Positions 37,686 through 49,929 of a stretch of 64,000 nucleotides of DNA are shown here, one piece after another. The DNA is from Octopus sinensis (Eukaryota). A program made the translations under genes and the position numbers. Numbering within the stretch: the first letter of the stretch is position 1; every line of letters starts with the position of its first letter. The notes beneath the pieces are model-generated. The model worked only from the letters and a program-made list of their open reading frames with translations. It had not been told where the DNA came from and did no database searches. Where the stretch lies: assembly GCF_006345805.1 (NCBI RefSeq), contig NC_043008.1:47058001-47122000 (forward strand), written 5' to 3'.

Positions 37686-38505
37686 TGTGTGTGTGTGTAT
37701 GTATTTGCGCGTGGGTGTTGTGCATGCGCGCGTGCTTGTATAATGAAAAAGTTGTCCACGACACCAACGTTCGTTTTTGTGAAGCCGAAACTTCGAAGTC
37801 AGCGTTTTTATTATAAGTGTTTAATAAACGTGTGTTCTTCTAAATGGTTGTAATTAAACCTTCAACGTAATGTAAAATTTTAATTATTTGTAGACCGAAA
37901 TAAATAATAGATTCAACCAACACACACATACACACACATACACACAAATATATATATTATATATATCATGTCATAGTTTGAATTTCGTGCAGTGACAACC
38001 AGCTCATTTTCAGATTATACGACATAAAACATGCTATCAACGTAACATATGTAATATAACTGACAGATCAGTTGAAGATTCAACTAATTCATTCCCTAAT
38101 TCCAATTCGTTATTGATATTGTCAACCTATATTACAATGTTATGTACAAATCGTATTTTACACAGTTTACGCAAGAGAACAGCGTAATATTAAGCACCAG
38201 ATTTGGCTCAATTCCAGAGTAAAGTAATTTGGAGAGGGGCAGACAATTACTGTTCGTGTTTGGGTTAAACAAGATGGACCTTTGCAGTATTATTCCAATT
38301 GTTATTTAACAAATATTGGTCCTGCTTAATAAATTGCCAAAGAAAGCGTTTTCATTTGGTTTATGTTTTCGTCAAAAGAAAATAAGAAGAGAACTATTGA
38401 AGAAAACAGGAAAACACGTGCAATTACCAATAATAAGAATAACAAATAGTAATATTAGGTTTCTTTAAGAAAACCAATAATTCTTGACTGAACGTATTTA
38501 CTCAC

Positions 38506-38648
38506 GTCTTGGTGTATTTTGCACAAGGTTTGTTTTGGGCAATTATGAGAGTGAAGAATTCAGTTTTATTGTATTCAGATTCAACTAACTGAAGAGCATT
38601 GATCTGATAATTGCAGAAGACTATTGTTGCTGCCGACGTGTCTGGGAT
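38506..38648 (-). other. Candidate internal exon (143 nt, one frame open)
   Basis: Acceptor ttcctctcattccattcaagtAG, donor GAC|GTGAGT. Translates as IPDTSAATIVFCNYQINALQLVESEYNKTEFFTLIIAQNKPCAKYTK; no family recognised. Confidence 0.3.
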
Positions 38649-38933
38649 CTACTTGAATGGAATGAGAGGAATAATCTAAATTTAACCTCTATATGATTTC
38701 GTACAAATGCTTGCGTAAACAATAAATTTTGTCAATATGCACACACAAACAGAGACATGTGTGTGAGTATGTGTGTGTGTGTGAGTTTGTATAAAACATA
38801 TGTATATGAGCATATGTATTCTCTCTCTACGTGAAGCCATTAGTAGCCTGGTTAATTCACAAGTTAACAACATTTACCCACGGAAACAGTGTTAAGCATT
38901 AATTCTCACTGTTCGATATTAGCGCGTATAGGC

Positions 38934-38984
38934 ATGTGTGTGCGTGCGTGTATGTGTGTATGTATATATATATATATATACACA

Positions 38985-39015
<31 letters not shown>

Positions 39016-39631
39016 ATACATATATATATACATATATATACATATACATATATATATATACATATACACATATATATATATACATATACATATATATATA
39101 TACTTATACATATATACATATATATACATAATATATATACATATATACATCCTTAAATCCTTAAATCCTTAAAAATGTTTAGCCCGAAGGCCGCGGCCAT
39201 GCTGGGGCACCACCGCTGAATGAGCTACACTAGTTTGTGAATCCACCTGATACGTGGCACTTGATCAACAAGGGAGTTCGATGCTGCTGCCCGCATCCGT
39301 GTCTCCTGTCGTGAGGTACATATATATATAACATATATATATACATATATATATATATATACATATATACATATATATATACATATATACATATATATAC
39401 ATATATATATATTACATATATATACATATATATATATATACATATATACATATATATATACATATACATATATATATACATATATATATATATGCATACA
39501 TATATATACACATATACATATATATATGTATATATATATATATATGTACATATATATATATACATATATATATAATACATATACATATATATACACATAT
39601 ATATATATATACAATATATATATATATTCAC

Positions 39632-39682
<51 letters not shown>

Positions 39683-39718
39683 CACATATGCATATACATA
39701 TATATATATATATATACA
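38934..39718. repeat. Two long (TA)n/(TACA)n/(TATACA)n low-complexity blocks around a ~170 bp spacer
   Basis: Direct reading; accounts for the YI/IY ORFs. Confidence 0.95.
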
Positions 39719-39817
39719 CGCTATGTAAGTGCTACGGAAGGACGGTAGTTAAACTCGGTTCGATAATGATAGGAGCGAGTAGTCTAATGCGGGTCTTGTA
39801 TGACCATGTATATGTTA

Positions 39818-39864
39818 GTCTTACGGCTGTTTCTGCGACATTAGAGGTATCCGTCATCAGAGAC
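39818..39864 (-). ncRNA. Type I hammerhead ribozyme candidate with canonical core
   Basis: Minus strand GUCU-CUGAUGA-CGGAUAccucuaaUGUCGCA-GAAA-CAGCCG-UA-AGAC: a 4-bp stem I, intact CUGAUGA/GAAA, a GUA triplet and an imperfect stem II. Confidence 0.55.
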
Positions 39865-39889
39865 GACGTGAGATGCTTAAGTAGAGACA

Positions 39890-40318
39890 AATATTAGAGT
39901 TCAATATAAGGAGTTATTTTGGAAAAGGAAGCAAATAAGGAGAATGAATGTAGAAATAGAAATAAAAAGTACATACAAATTTTATAGTTGCAATTCCATT
40001 ATCCAAGGAGAGTGGTGTGTAGAGGTGGGAGAAATGCTTCTTATGCATTGTATGTAAATTCCAATACGAGTTCATATTTCGTCATTAGAAATGGTAAGTG
40101 CGAAGATTGAACAGCACCAACTCGTATTGGAATTTACATACCACGGACAAGAAGCATTTCTACCATTTCTACACAACACTTTCCTTGGATAATGGACTTG
40201 CAAATACAATATCTTAATATATTCTTATTTTTATTACTACTTTCCCTCTCCTATTTCCCTCTATACGCCTTTTTTGCTTCCTTTTCCAAAATAAATCCTT
40301 ATATTCAACACTAATATT
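39890..40318. mobile_element. Foldback (~430 bp) with ~185-200 bp inverted arms and a 46 bp spacer, possibly an inverted PLE 3' end
   Basis: 39890-40072 is the approximate reverse complement of 40119-40318. The inner ~85 bp match well (gtatgtaaattccaatacgagtt / aactcgtattggaatttacatac). Confidence 0.85.
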
Positions 40319-41166
40319 ACTATTTAATATTTCAAGATAATTTTAATGTAATTTTTGGTAAATATAGCTGTTAAAATGAAATGCCAGTTTCATTCTCATT
40401 TTTGCATAACTTAGACGACAATTTATTCACCTCACCCACTGCGTGTGTATGTGTGTGTGTGTATGTGTGTGTAGAATGTTTGAAGTGGTCCACAGCTATT
40501 GTATATTAAGAAAAAGGAGGTAGTCAGTTTTTGACGAGATCTCCCTCCTCTCGCAACTCGTTAGAATCTGGTCTCTTGGTTGGTTTCTCATCTCTTACAA
40601 CCGTTGTTTTTAATAGCGCTAATAAACAATTATCGACAATTATTACTCTCTGAATGTGCTTGTGATTGGGAGTATATTAAATATATTTTTTTATGGTTTT
40701 ATTCAAACTTGTTTCCTGAAGAAATTCATACTTATTAAAACTTTATCTGCTATTTCCGCTTTTCATTTTTGTTGATGTTTCTTTCATGAAACAGATATTT
40801 GCTTATGGGAAATTTCGTTTGTGTGTTTTGTAATTTTTCCCCAGGTTGCTGGAGAGAATGGCTTTTTTGTGTGCCTTTTACATCTCATAATTGGTTTGGA
40901 ATCGGTTAATCGGTTTAAAGTTTCCTCTAACACATATTTGTCTCTTTGAATCATTTATTTATTGTTTGGTGACGTTCTTAATTTATTCATATAAATTAAC
41001 ATATGCGAGTGAATGTATGCATATGTATATAGTATGTGTGCGTCTGTATACGTGTATATTTTGTGTTTTCGTTGGCCTATTATGTATTGCTGTATATGTG
41101 TGGTTTTATTTTTGAAAGATTTAACTTTCCTTTGTGAACTGATCATCGTGTCCCTTTGTGTTTCAG

Positions 41167-41212
41167 TTGTGCCGTGTGTATGGCATGGCAAACTATTTCT
41201 ACTTCATTTCGG
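41167..41212 (+). other. Candidate 46-nt exon
   Basis: Polypyrimidine acceptor gtccctttgtgtttCAG and donor CGG|GTGAGT. All three frames are open (e.g. LCRVYGMANYFYFIS). Confidence 0.35.
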
Positions 41213-41311
41213 GTGAGTATCGGATTTTGGTGGGGAGTGTATGAGTGTGCATGTTTGTGTGTGTGAGTATGTTTGTTTGTGTGTGCGTATGTGAGAGAGA
41301 GAGAGAGAGAG

Positions 41312-41349
<38 letters not shown>

Positions 41350-41784
41350 GCATTTCTGAAAGGTGTTTAATCGATTAGGTATCCAACAATATTTCCGAAA
41401 GCAGCTTGACCGTCATCCCTAGGCTTTATGCATTTTTCCTATTTTTTAAAGATGTTTAACTCTTCGATTTTTTTCCCTGATCCCTCTTAACATTTCACGA
41501 TTGCTTCAAAGAATTCATTATTGTCTTTGTATTCAAGGCGAGGAATCGTGAAATAGGAGGTCGTGGTTAAATAATTATCAAGTATCATATGTACAACAAG
41601 CCAGTTTCAGGAATGCAAATATAAACGTAATGCAGTCAGCCAACTGTTTGTAATGCCAGTGATGTGGAAAATCAAATCAGATTTCAATACAACCTATTTT
41701 TCACGTGCTTCAGCCAGAAATACACAACTTGTTGATCTCAAGAGTTTCTCAGTTGCTCGGTCTATCGCACAAGGTTTCTGTGTC

Positions 41785-42164
41785 AAGCCCGTTGTGGACC
41801 AAGAGCTTAGTGGGCCAAGAGCGTAGTAGACCAAGCCCATAGTGGACCAAGCCCGTAGTGGACCAAGAGCGTAGTAGACCAAGCCCGTAGTGGACCAATC
41901 CCGTAGTGGATCAAGAGCGTAGTAGACCAAACCCGTAGTGGACCAAGACCGTAGTGGACCAGGAGCGTAGTGGACCAAGGTCGTGGTGGACCAAGCCCGT
42001 AGTGGACCAAGAGCTTAGTGGACCAAGATCGTAGTAGACCAAACCCGTAGTGGACCAAGCCCGTAGTGGACCAGGAAAGTAGTGGACCAGGAAAGTAGTG
42101 GACCAGGAAAGTAGTGGACCAGGAAAGTAGTGGACCAAACCCGTAATGGACCAACCGCGTAGTG
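41785..42164. repeat. 16-bp minisatellite, ~23 units, consensus GTAGTGGACCAAGCCC
   Basis: Unit-by-unit reading from 41791 gives 23 x 16 bp to 42158. The 16-aa periodicity in the ORF track equals 3 units. Confidence 0.95.
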
Positions 42165-42769
42165 CACTTTGACATTTATAAATCTTTCTTCTTGTTCCAT
42201 AATTGTTTTGAAATGTTGAAAGATGTTGTTCCATTTACTGGCCTGGAAAGCTGGAATTTCTGTTCGTGTCGGTATCTCCTCCATATCTAATTTTGTTTTT
42301 AATGTTCCTTTTCTACGTTCTCTTCAGATTTCATTGGAATACATTCTTTTCGTAGAAGAATCTTTCCTATTCTTCCGAGGTTCTTTTAATGCATGATTTG
42401 GCTAATATTACTTGCTTAAGATGTATATTCGCTTACTTGTCTTTCAGTATGACATTTTTTCTTTTTGTTGCTATTTTGTGTTATTTAATTTCTTTCTCTT
42501 GTCATCTGGAAAAAAAAAATCTTTTTCCATTGCTGTAAGTAGAGATAACATTTACTATACTTTTTTCCCTTATATTCTCTATTTGGAATGAGGGAGATGA
42601 TGATGCCGTAATTTTGTCTTATTTGTTTTTTATGCCTTCTGGGTGTTAAAATAAAGAACATACTCAAATACCCGGGTCAATAGAATCAAGTAATCCCTTC
42701 CCCTCAAAAATATTGGCTTTCTCCCTAACTTATAAAGAACTATCGTTGTTGTTGTTGCTATTATTATAT

Positions 42770-42800
42770 GCAGCAGCAGCAGGAGCAGCAGCAGCAGCAT

Positions 42801-42833
<33 letters not shown>

Positions 42834-42857
42834 AGTAGTAGTAGTAGTAGTAGTAGT
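42770..42857. repeat. (CAG)n followed by (TAG)n trinucleotide repeats
   Basis: Direct reading. Confidence 0.9.
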
Positions 42858-43414
42858 TTAATTCTCAGATCTCTTGATCTAACTTGCTACGATTAATTCG
42901 GTTAGAGCGGACACCAAGCTGTTTTCAGATACTGTCTCACAGGGTTTCTTTCCGCAGATTACAAGCTTTGGTCCTTGGATGTTAACTCATCGTGGGAGAC
43001 ACCCAACATCCAAGCAACGATCTCAAAAACCTAGCTGTGCCCAACAGAGCGGGGGCTTCTATTTTTGTTATTTTTTTAGCATATCCTACCCAAATGTTAA
43101 CGCCAATTTCTCCGACATCAAATCTATCTTAGTTATACTGCCGATGAAGACCCACGCTTAAGATTAGCAGTAATAATAACAATGATGAGTAATGTGTGTG
43201 TATATACATATATATATATGCGTGTAGGGTGGCGTCTGTGCATGCGTGTGTGTGTGCATTTATGTATATGTGCGTATGTGTTTGTAGGCATATATGTATG
43301 TGTGTGTGCATTCGTGTGTATTGTGTGTGTACGTGTGTATGTGGTTGTAGGCATGTGTGTGCATATATGTGTATGTCTATGTGTGTGTGCGTATATGCGT
43401 ATGTATGTGTGAAT

Positions 43415-43725
43415 GTATATATTTTCCCGCCGAGGTCGAGTTTACCTTTTCATCCGTTCGCAGTCGACGAGATGAGGAGCAGGAAAACCCGCGGGGGGAC
43501 GTAATACCTCAGGAAATGTTGGCATTGTGCCAACACTTGTGCAGACCATTCTTCAGTTGGCATGGTGCCAGCATCGTTAGCACGTCGGGCTGAGTACTTA
43601 GCAGCATTACGTCTGTCCGTACGTTCGAATTCCGCCCTGGTCGACTTTGCCCTTCACGTTTTCGATGTTGATAAAACAGGTACCAGTTGAACACTAGAAC
43701 CTCCTTTTCCTCAAATCTCAGTTTA
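43415..43725 (+). mobile_element. SINE family A, two partial copies
   Basis: ccgccgaggtcgagtttacctttcatcc at ~43427, and catcgttagcacgtcgggc..gttcgaattccgccctggtcgactttgcc at ~43570-43690. Confidence 0.75.
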
Positions 43726-43813
43726 CCTTTAATAGAAAGTAGTAGTAGTAGTAGTAGTAGTATTGGATGGTTAGAAACGTAAGAGTGACAGGAAAATTGT
43801 TTGATGCATTATA

Positions 43814-44218
43814 GGCGTAGGAGTGGCTGTGTGCTAAATAGCTTGCTTACCAATCACATGGTTCCGGGTTCAGTCCCACTGTGTGGCACCTTGAGCAAGT
43901 GTCTTCTACTATAGCCCCAGGCCAACCAGAGCCTTGTGAGTGGATTTGGTAGGCGGAAACTGAAAGAAGCCCGTCGTGTATATGTATATATATATGTATG
44001 TATGTATGTATGTACGTGTTTGTATGTTTATGCGTCTGTAACACAAACATCCCTAGACAGCTGATGCTGGTGTGTTTACGTCCCCGTAACTTAGCGGTGC
44101 GGCAAAAGAGACCGATAGAATAAGTACTAGGCTGACTGGGGTGGATTTGCTCGACTAAAGGCGGTGCTCCAGCATGGCAACAGTCAAATGACTGAAACAA
44201 GTAAAAGAGTAAAAGAAT
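43814..44218 (+). mobile_element. Full-length tRNA-derived SINE family B
   Basis: A-box-like TGGCTGTGTGCT, B-box-like GGTTCAGTCCC, a CCTTGAGCAAG core-like motif, an internal (TATG)n and a 3' gaaacaagtaaaagagtaaaaga tail; homologous to 46247. Confidence 0.9.
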
Positions 44219-44224
44219 GTCCAC

Positions 44225-44385
44225 TTTTTTCCTCTCTGAGTTCAAATCCTACCAAGGTGAACTTTGCCTTTCCTATCTCCAAGGTTGACAAAATAAAGTA
44301 CCAGTTACGTAATGGGATTAATGGTACCCTCTACCTTCTCTTCAGAATTGCAATTTTGTACCTAAATATGAAGCGTTTGTGGTAA
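44225..44385 (+). mobile_element. SINE family A partial copy directly after the family B SINE
   Basis: ctctgagttcaaatcctaccaaggtgaactttgcctttc..aaataaagtaccagttacg. Confidence 0.7.
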
Positions 44386-45414
44386 ACACTTGTCTGTTGA
44401 GAGGGCTGTTCTACTCAGCGTCTCTGAATGGAGAAATCGGTATCCCATCAGCCAGGGAAGCAGCTCTGAAGAGGTTTCGGCTCCTTTTTTGCATTTGTTT
44501 TTATCCCTTTTTTATAGACCTGGATGAATATACATCATAAGATATATTTAGTCTCGACGACATATATACGAGAATTGAGGGAAAAATCCCTCTGCATTTA
44601 TATCTAAAATAAGGATGTTAATAACTTCTTTTTGTTATATTTCTAGCTTGCTTACCATTTTTGTGCTGAACGCCATTATAGGCGTTTATCAGCAAAATGA
44701 ATGTTTCATTTCCTGTTATGGTTACTTTTCCTAAAGTGTTATCAGTCATATGTTATTGACAGAAGTTTGTTATTGGGGAAAGGCGTACAGCATTTCATTA
44801 GAATTACTTAATAATAATCAATCTAGTAATTTTGGATACATTATTATCATTAAAGGAGCGATAACGAACAAATTTAATTACTTGTACATATGCTATGCTT
44901 GAATACTTTTCAAAGACACTCTACTTTCAAAATTGCAGAATGTTAATCTAATGTTCAACGTCAACAGCCATGTTTGCATAAATTTCAGATTTGTCTCATT
45001 TTGAAAACGTATATTTATGGATTATTTAATAATCGACACTATTACAACCAAATGTAACGCTTCATATAGATTACTCTTAGCATCCGGAGATTTCGTATCG
45101 TAAAGATTTATTGCGGAAGCCAGGTTATCAGGGTTCTTTGAACAATACCGTTCTGTTAATGAGACAATATCGAGGTCCTTATTTTGAATGTTCTGCATGG
45201 AACAAAATGCCATTCAAATCTAATTCCAAAAGAGAAGAATATAATTCCAATTTTCTAATTAACATTTATATTTTAATTCATGTGGAAGCTTCACTCTCGA
45301 CCGAAAATTATATTACAACATGAATATTAACCCGATAATTCTGAAATCAAGTTTTTTTAAAGATAAAATACAAATTTGATGCTACAGTTCTATATTTAAG
45401 AGATGAAGAATTAT

Positions 45415-45726
45415 TTACATTATTTACATTTGACGGATATTTGTCCTCATCTTGTTTGTTGATAACACAGCATTTCGTCTGATATACCCTCCATCAGGTG
45501 TCTTGGAGAAATTTCGAACCTGGGCTGCTAATCCCAAGATTCTGAGTTCGATTCCTGGCAGTGACCTGAATAACAACAACAACAACATCTAAAAATACCT
45601 TACGAATGAGAACCCAGGTTCGAAATTTCCCCAAGGCATCTGATGAAAGTTGGAGGGTATATCAGCCGAAACGCTATGTTAACAACAAAGATGAGGACAA
45701 ATGTCCGTGAAATGTAAATAATGTAA
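45415..45726. mobile_element. Foldback with ~110 bp inverted arms carrying hammerhead-like cores and a tRNA-like fragment in the spacer
   Basis: 45415-45524 is the approximate reverse complement of 45613-45726. The right arm has CTGATGA(45640)..CAGCC-GAAAC(45668), and the spacer has ctgctaatccc..GAGTTCGATTCC. Confidence 0.85.
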
Positions 45727-46246
45727 GTTGCCTTTGTTTTTTGTTGGTAACTCCCCTTATTTTAACGAATACTTGTTACTAAAAAGAAATAATGTTATTA
45801 CGTGACGGATATCAGGAAAGCACTCATTATCTTATTATTGTAAAACAAAAAATGCATTTACTGACAGATCTTAGAAAAATATATGTTATTTGTTCATTAC
45901 AAAAGAAATCAATTTCCTGAATAAGTTTCATATAATTACCACTTATCCAAGTTTAAGATAAAATTCATATTTCGTCCACTTTTTTTTAAATTCTATAAAA
46001 TGTTATGATTTCACTAATGATTTATTAAGTAAAAGAATATATCGAAATGTCAGAACTAACTGATCAGTATAAAACTTGAAAGTAAATCGAAATCGATGTA
46101 ATGTCTTGGTAAATACTGTTATAACAAAGACAGGTGACCCGAAGGAAGGAAAAACAAAGCAGCATCGGACACAGGAATTTGTAACCTTACTTTACATGAA
46201 ATGATACATAAAACGCGGCAAGTAATGGTTTAACACATTTACATTA

Positions 46247-46610
46247 GGCGCAGGAGTGGTTGTGTGGTAAATAGCTTGCCTACCAACCACATGGTTCCGG
46301 GGTCAGTGGCACCTCGGGCAAGTGTCTTCTACTATAGCCTCGGGCTGACCAAAGCCTTGTGAGTGGATTTGGTAGACGGAAACTGAAAGAGACCCATCGT
46401 ATATATATGTGTTTGTCTTCCCAACATCGCTTGACAACCGATGCTGGTGTGTTTACGTCCACGTACCTTAGCGGTTCTGCAAAAGTAAACCGTTAGAATA
46501 AGTACTAGGCTTACAAAGAATAACTTCTGGGGTCGATTTGCTCGACTAAAGGCTGTGCTCCAGCATGGCCGCAAACAAATGATTCAAACAAGTAAAAGAA
46601 TAACAGAATA
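46247..46610 (+). mobile_element. tRNA-derived SINE family B copy
   Basis: Colinear with 43814-44218, with a small deletion in the B-box region. Confidence 0.9.
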
Positions 46611-46659
46611 AACAAGAGCATAGAAAGCGCAGATAGAAATGCGCACACACACACAAAGG

Positions 46660-46700
<41 letters not shown>

Positions 46701-48099
46701 GGATGCACACATACAAACACACACACACACATATATATATATTGCGGTATTTTCACTGGCAGAGTGTTTGAATATATTATAGAAATCTTAGTGGTGAAGC
46801 ATTGAATAATGATTTGAATGTCTTAGCAACAGATATAAACACTGGCAACGGTAATGTAAGTAATATAACGCCATCTTGTGGCGGGAAAGTGGTATCAAAT
46901 TAAGATCCTGTGAGTCTATACATCTTATTGGTTCACAAGATATGTACACATATGTTTTAAATTTCAAATCTGAAAAGTGAAAAGCTGATAATTTACTGGA
47001 AGTGTTCTCTAAGAATACGACCAGGTTTCATAAATGAGACGTGCATAGTTCGAAACGATCTGCTATATCAAGTCCTTGTCATAGAAATGTTAATGAGTTG
47101 AGGAAAACAAAAAATATGATTTGTGATAATGAAAACTTTGCCAGGCATTATTTTGCATCTAATGTATAATTGATTTACAGGAAAAGTAACCTTGACCTGA
47201 AGCATCGTTTAATATGTTACAACTCGTCTGTGATACACATCAATATTTAAAACACATGAACTGTAATATCATTCATCCGAACGAGTTTCAATTGACTTTC
47301 TATTTTATATTTATTCCCATTTGATTCTTCGATAAGAGTTCCGGCATCCATGATCGAAATATTTCGTTATAATTTTCGATCAGGAAATGATATATTACTT
47401 CAAGTAAAATGACTGATAATTCAATCGTATGAGACACATTCTTTAGCGAATCAGTTTTGTTTTTATCCCAGTTATTGATAGAGGGTTTTTAAAAATTTAT
47501 GACAATACATTTAAAAATTAACCCATAGTATATCGATTTTTTTACGCCAGCCCTACGAATATATTTTTCGAAAACAGTTAGTGCTGAATGGCAGGTCAGC
47601 GACGAAGCCAGTCGAGGAGAAAGGATTTTGACGTATGACATGACGACGTCTACGATGCATCAGTTGAAGCTCATCAGTCAATATTCATACCTCAAATGTC
47701 AGAAGAAATTTATTTTGCTCGATCAAACATAAAACTTTCATTCCAGCAAATGTCTAGCAGTCACAATCTGCCATCGGAAGATTAATATGGACACAGTTAT
47801 AGACGAGTGTTCTATGCTAGAAATTTACCTCAACACTGTCGAGTAACAAACTTGACATTTGTTACCTTCGTAGATTCAAAATCCATTCGCATCCCTCCGT
47901 GAGGTCAAATTAGCAAACAACAAAATTGACTAAAAGTAATTCTTTGTTCCATGAAGATAGTCTTCAGGCAATGTATATCAACATGAACTACAAAATGTAA
48001 CAACACATAAGGTTTACAAGGACAAATTTATACCAATTAAATAACAAAAAACTGTCACTTTTGAGATTTACATATCAATAATCATCTGACATGTCGGTT

Positions 48100-48303
48100 T
48101 CAAATTTTGGCTCGAGGCCAGCAATTTCGGGGAAATGGATAAGCCGCTTACATCGACCCCAGTGTTCAACCAGGATTTATTTTTTGATTCCGGAAAGATA
48201 AAAGGATAAGTTCACCACGGCGGAATTTTAACTCAGAACGTATAAACGGACAAAACGCCGCTAGGTATGTTTTCGGGCATAAAAACAATTCTATCAGCTC
48301 GTA
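48100..48303 (-). mobile_element. SINE family A copy
   Basis: Reverse complement of the family A body and tail. Confidence 0.82.
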
Positions 48304-48861
48304 GCTTTATGTCCTTTAGACATATTAAGGAAGGAAAACGGTTAGTCCATCATATTTTTCTAAACACATTGGCTAAAGAAGAGAAAATGAAAGAGATTCA
48401 TTTAAACAAAATACAGATTTAAAAAATAACTTAACAGCAGGTTGATTCTTCAATGAAAATTTGTACTGGAAATAGCAAAGTCTTGCTAATCAAAAAGTTT
48501 AATATGTCAAGATTAATTAAGAGTGCAAAGTTTGAAAAAAACAGCTACATAGCAATGAGCGATGGAATTTGTGGTGGAGGTTAACAAACTTCAATAAAGT
48601 ACGAGTCAATACACATGGAAAATATGACAACATTCACATGTAGCGGTTACACTGTGGAATCGTGTTCACAGACCACATGTTTGCCTTTTGGTTCCCGTTA
48701 TGATTAGAGAAAATAATGCAACCAATCCATTTCCTTAGTTTTTATTTTACTTTCAAAATACACAAATTTTATTAAGACTGAAAACCTCCAGCTTCATATA
48801 CCTAAACACACACACACACGCACATACGCACACGCACACACACACACACACGCACATACGC

Positions 48862-48893
<32 letters not shown>

Positions 48894-49214
48894 CGTCAAT
48901 GTATGATATATCCGAAAAAGAATCACAATCCAAAGCATAGAGCAGTAATATATTTATACGTAGCTAAGTGTATGTCCGGTCATAGACTGACCAATGTATT
49001 CGCATCCACAGAGGGCTTAGGCCCAATGGACGTTCCGTCAGACTTTAAAGGCGAAGACAAATGCAACTCCCCACCTCTGGGAGACAGAAATCTGTTAGGG
49101 TCATTTCATTTGGTCAGTAAGTCACCAAAGAATAGGCCGAAGGAGGGGGAACCGAGGACTTATTCCGTCAGGGCCGCGTACCTCTTCGAGATCATAACGA
49201 TCCCTCCCAAGTCT

Positions 49215-49480
49215 AATCAAACAACGGGGAATCCCATGTTTGTAGTAGGTAGAGTTTGAAATGGATGCTAAGAATGTAAATTTCCTGGAGAGTGTTCAGT
49301 GACTCAGGCTTCAGGCTATCTTTGAGTATCCTTGCTTGCTCAACAATACGAAACTTGCAACGCTCGCTCCCGTCAATGTAGGATCCCGGCCGCTTTAAAA
49401 TCCTCCATTTGATATTGTATGGAGTCTTTTCATCTTGAGGCGTCCTTCTAGAATCCTGAAAGATTATCTGTGGTTGCACA
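49215..49480 (-). mobile_element. Penelope-like GIY-YIG C-terminal remnant
   Basis: NIKWRILKRPGSYIDGSERCKFRIVEQARIL..SLN resembles the PLE W.IL....Y..G...C.LC..EK..I motif. Confidence 0.6.
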
Positions 49481-49891
49481 GGCGCCGCTGTTGTTTGGGC
49501 TGACGTGATCGTGAGGGCAACATCCTAACACTGTGTATGTGTGTGTGTGTGTGTGGGTGTGTGTGTGTGGGGGGGGTGTGGGTGTTTATGCGTGTTAAAC
49601 TTAACTGATCGAAACTTCAAAATCACTTTCAATAATAATCTTGTTTAGTTTAAGAATAATAAATTGGTACTCAAAAAAGTAGAGAATAACACGAGATTAA
49701 TGTAAAACTGTGCATATGGTAAGTGAACATAAAACAGACTTTAATATAGATAGATACACAGACTGATAGACAGACAGACAGGTAGATAGACAGATAGATA
49801 GATGGTTGGAATTTACAAAAAACAAAAGACAAAGTCAAGTGTGTAAACAACAAACAGGTGTATTAGTTTAACCCTCGGGAAGGTGAGTAAG

Positions 49892-49929
49892 CTTTTTACG
49901 TTTCGAGTCTACGCTCTTCAACAGAAAGG
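49892..49929 (-). ncRNA. Degenerate minimal hammerhead-like motif (CUGUUGA core)
   Basis: CCUUU-CUGUUGA-A-GAG(cguaga)CUC-GAAAC-GUA-AAAAG; the A6U change would be expected to impair catalysis. Confidence 0.45.

Noticed and set aside
41785-42164. CRISPR-like repeat/spacer array
   Set aside because: The variable part is only ~5 nt and recurs, there are no unique 25-45 nt spacers or cas genes, and the context is eukaryotic.
45522-45565. Functional tRNA gene (also the SINE B heads at 43814 and 46247)
   Set aside because: Only partial arms and boxes are present, with no complete cloverleaf or acceptor stem; these are SINE-type derivatives.
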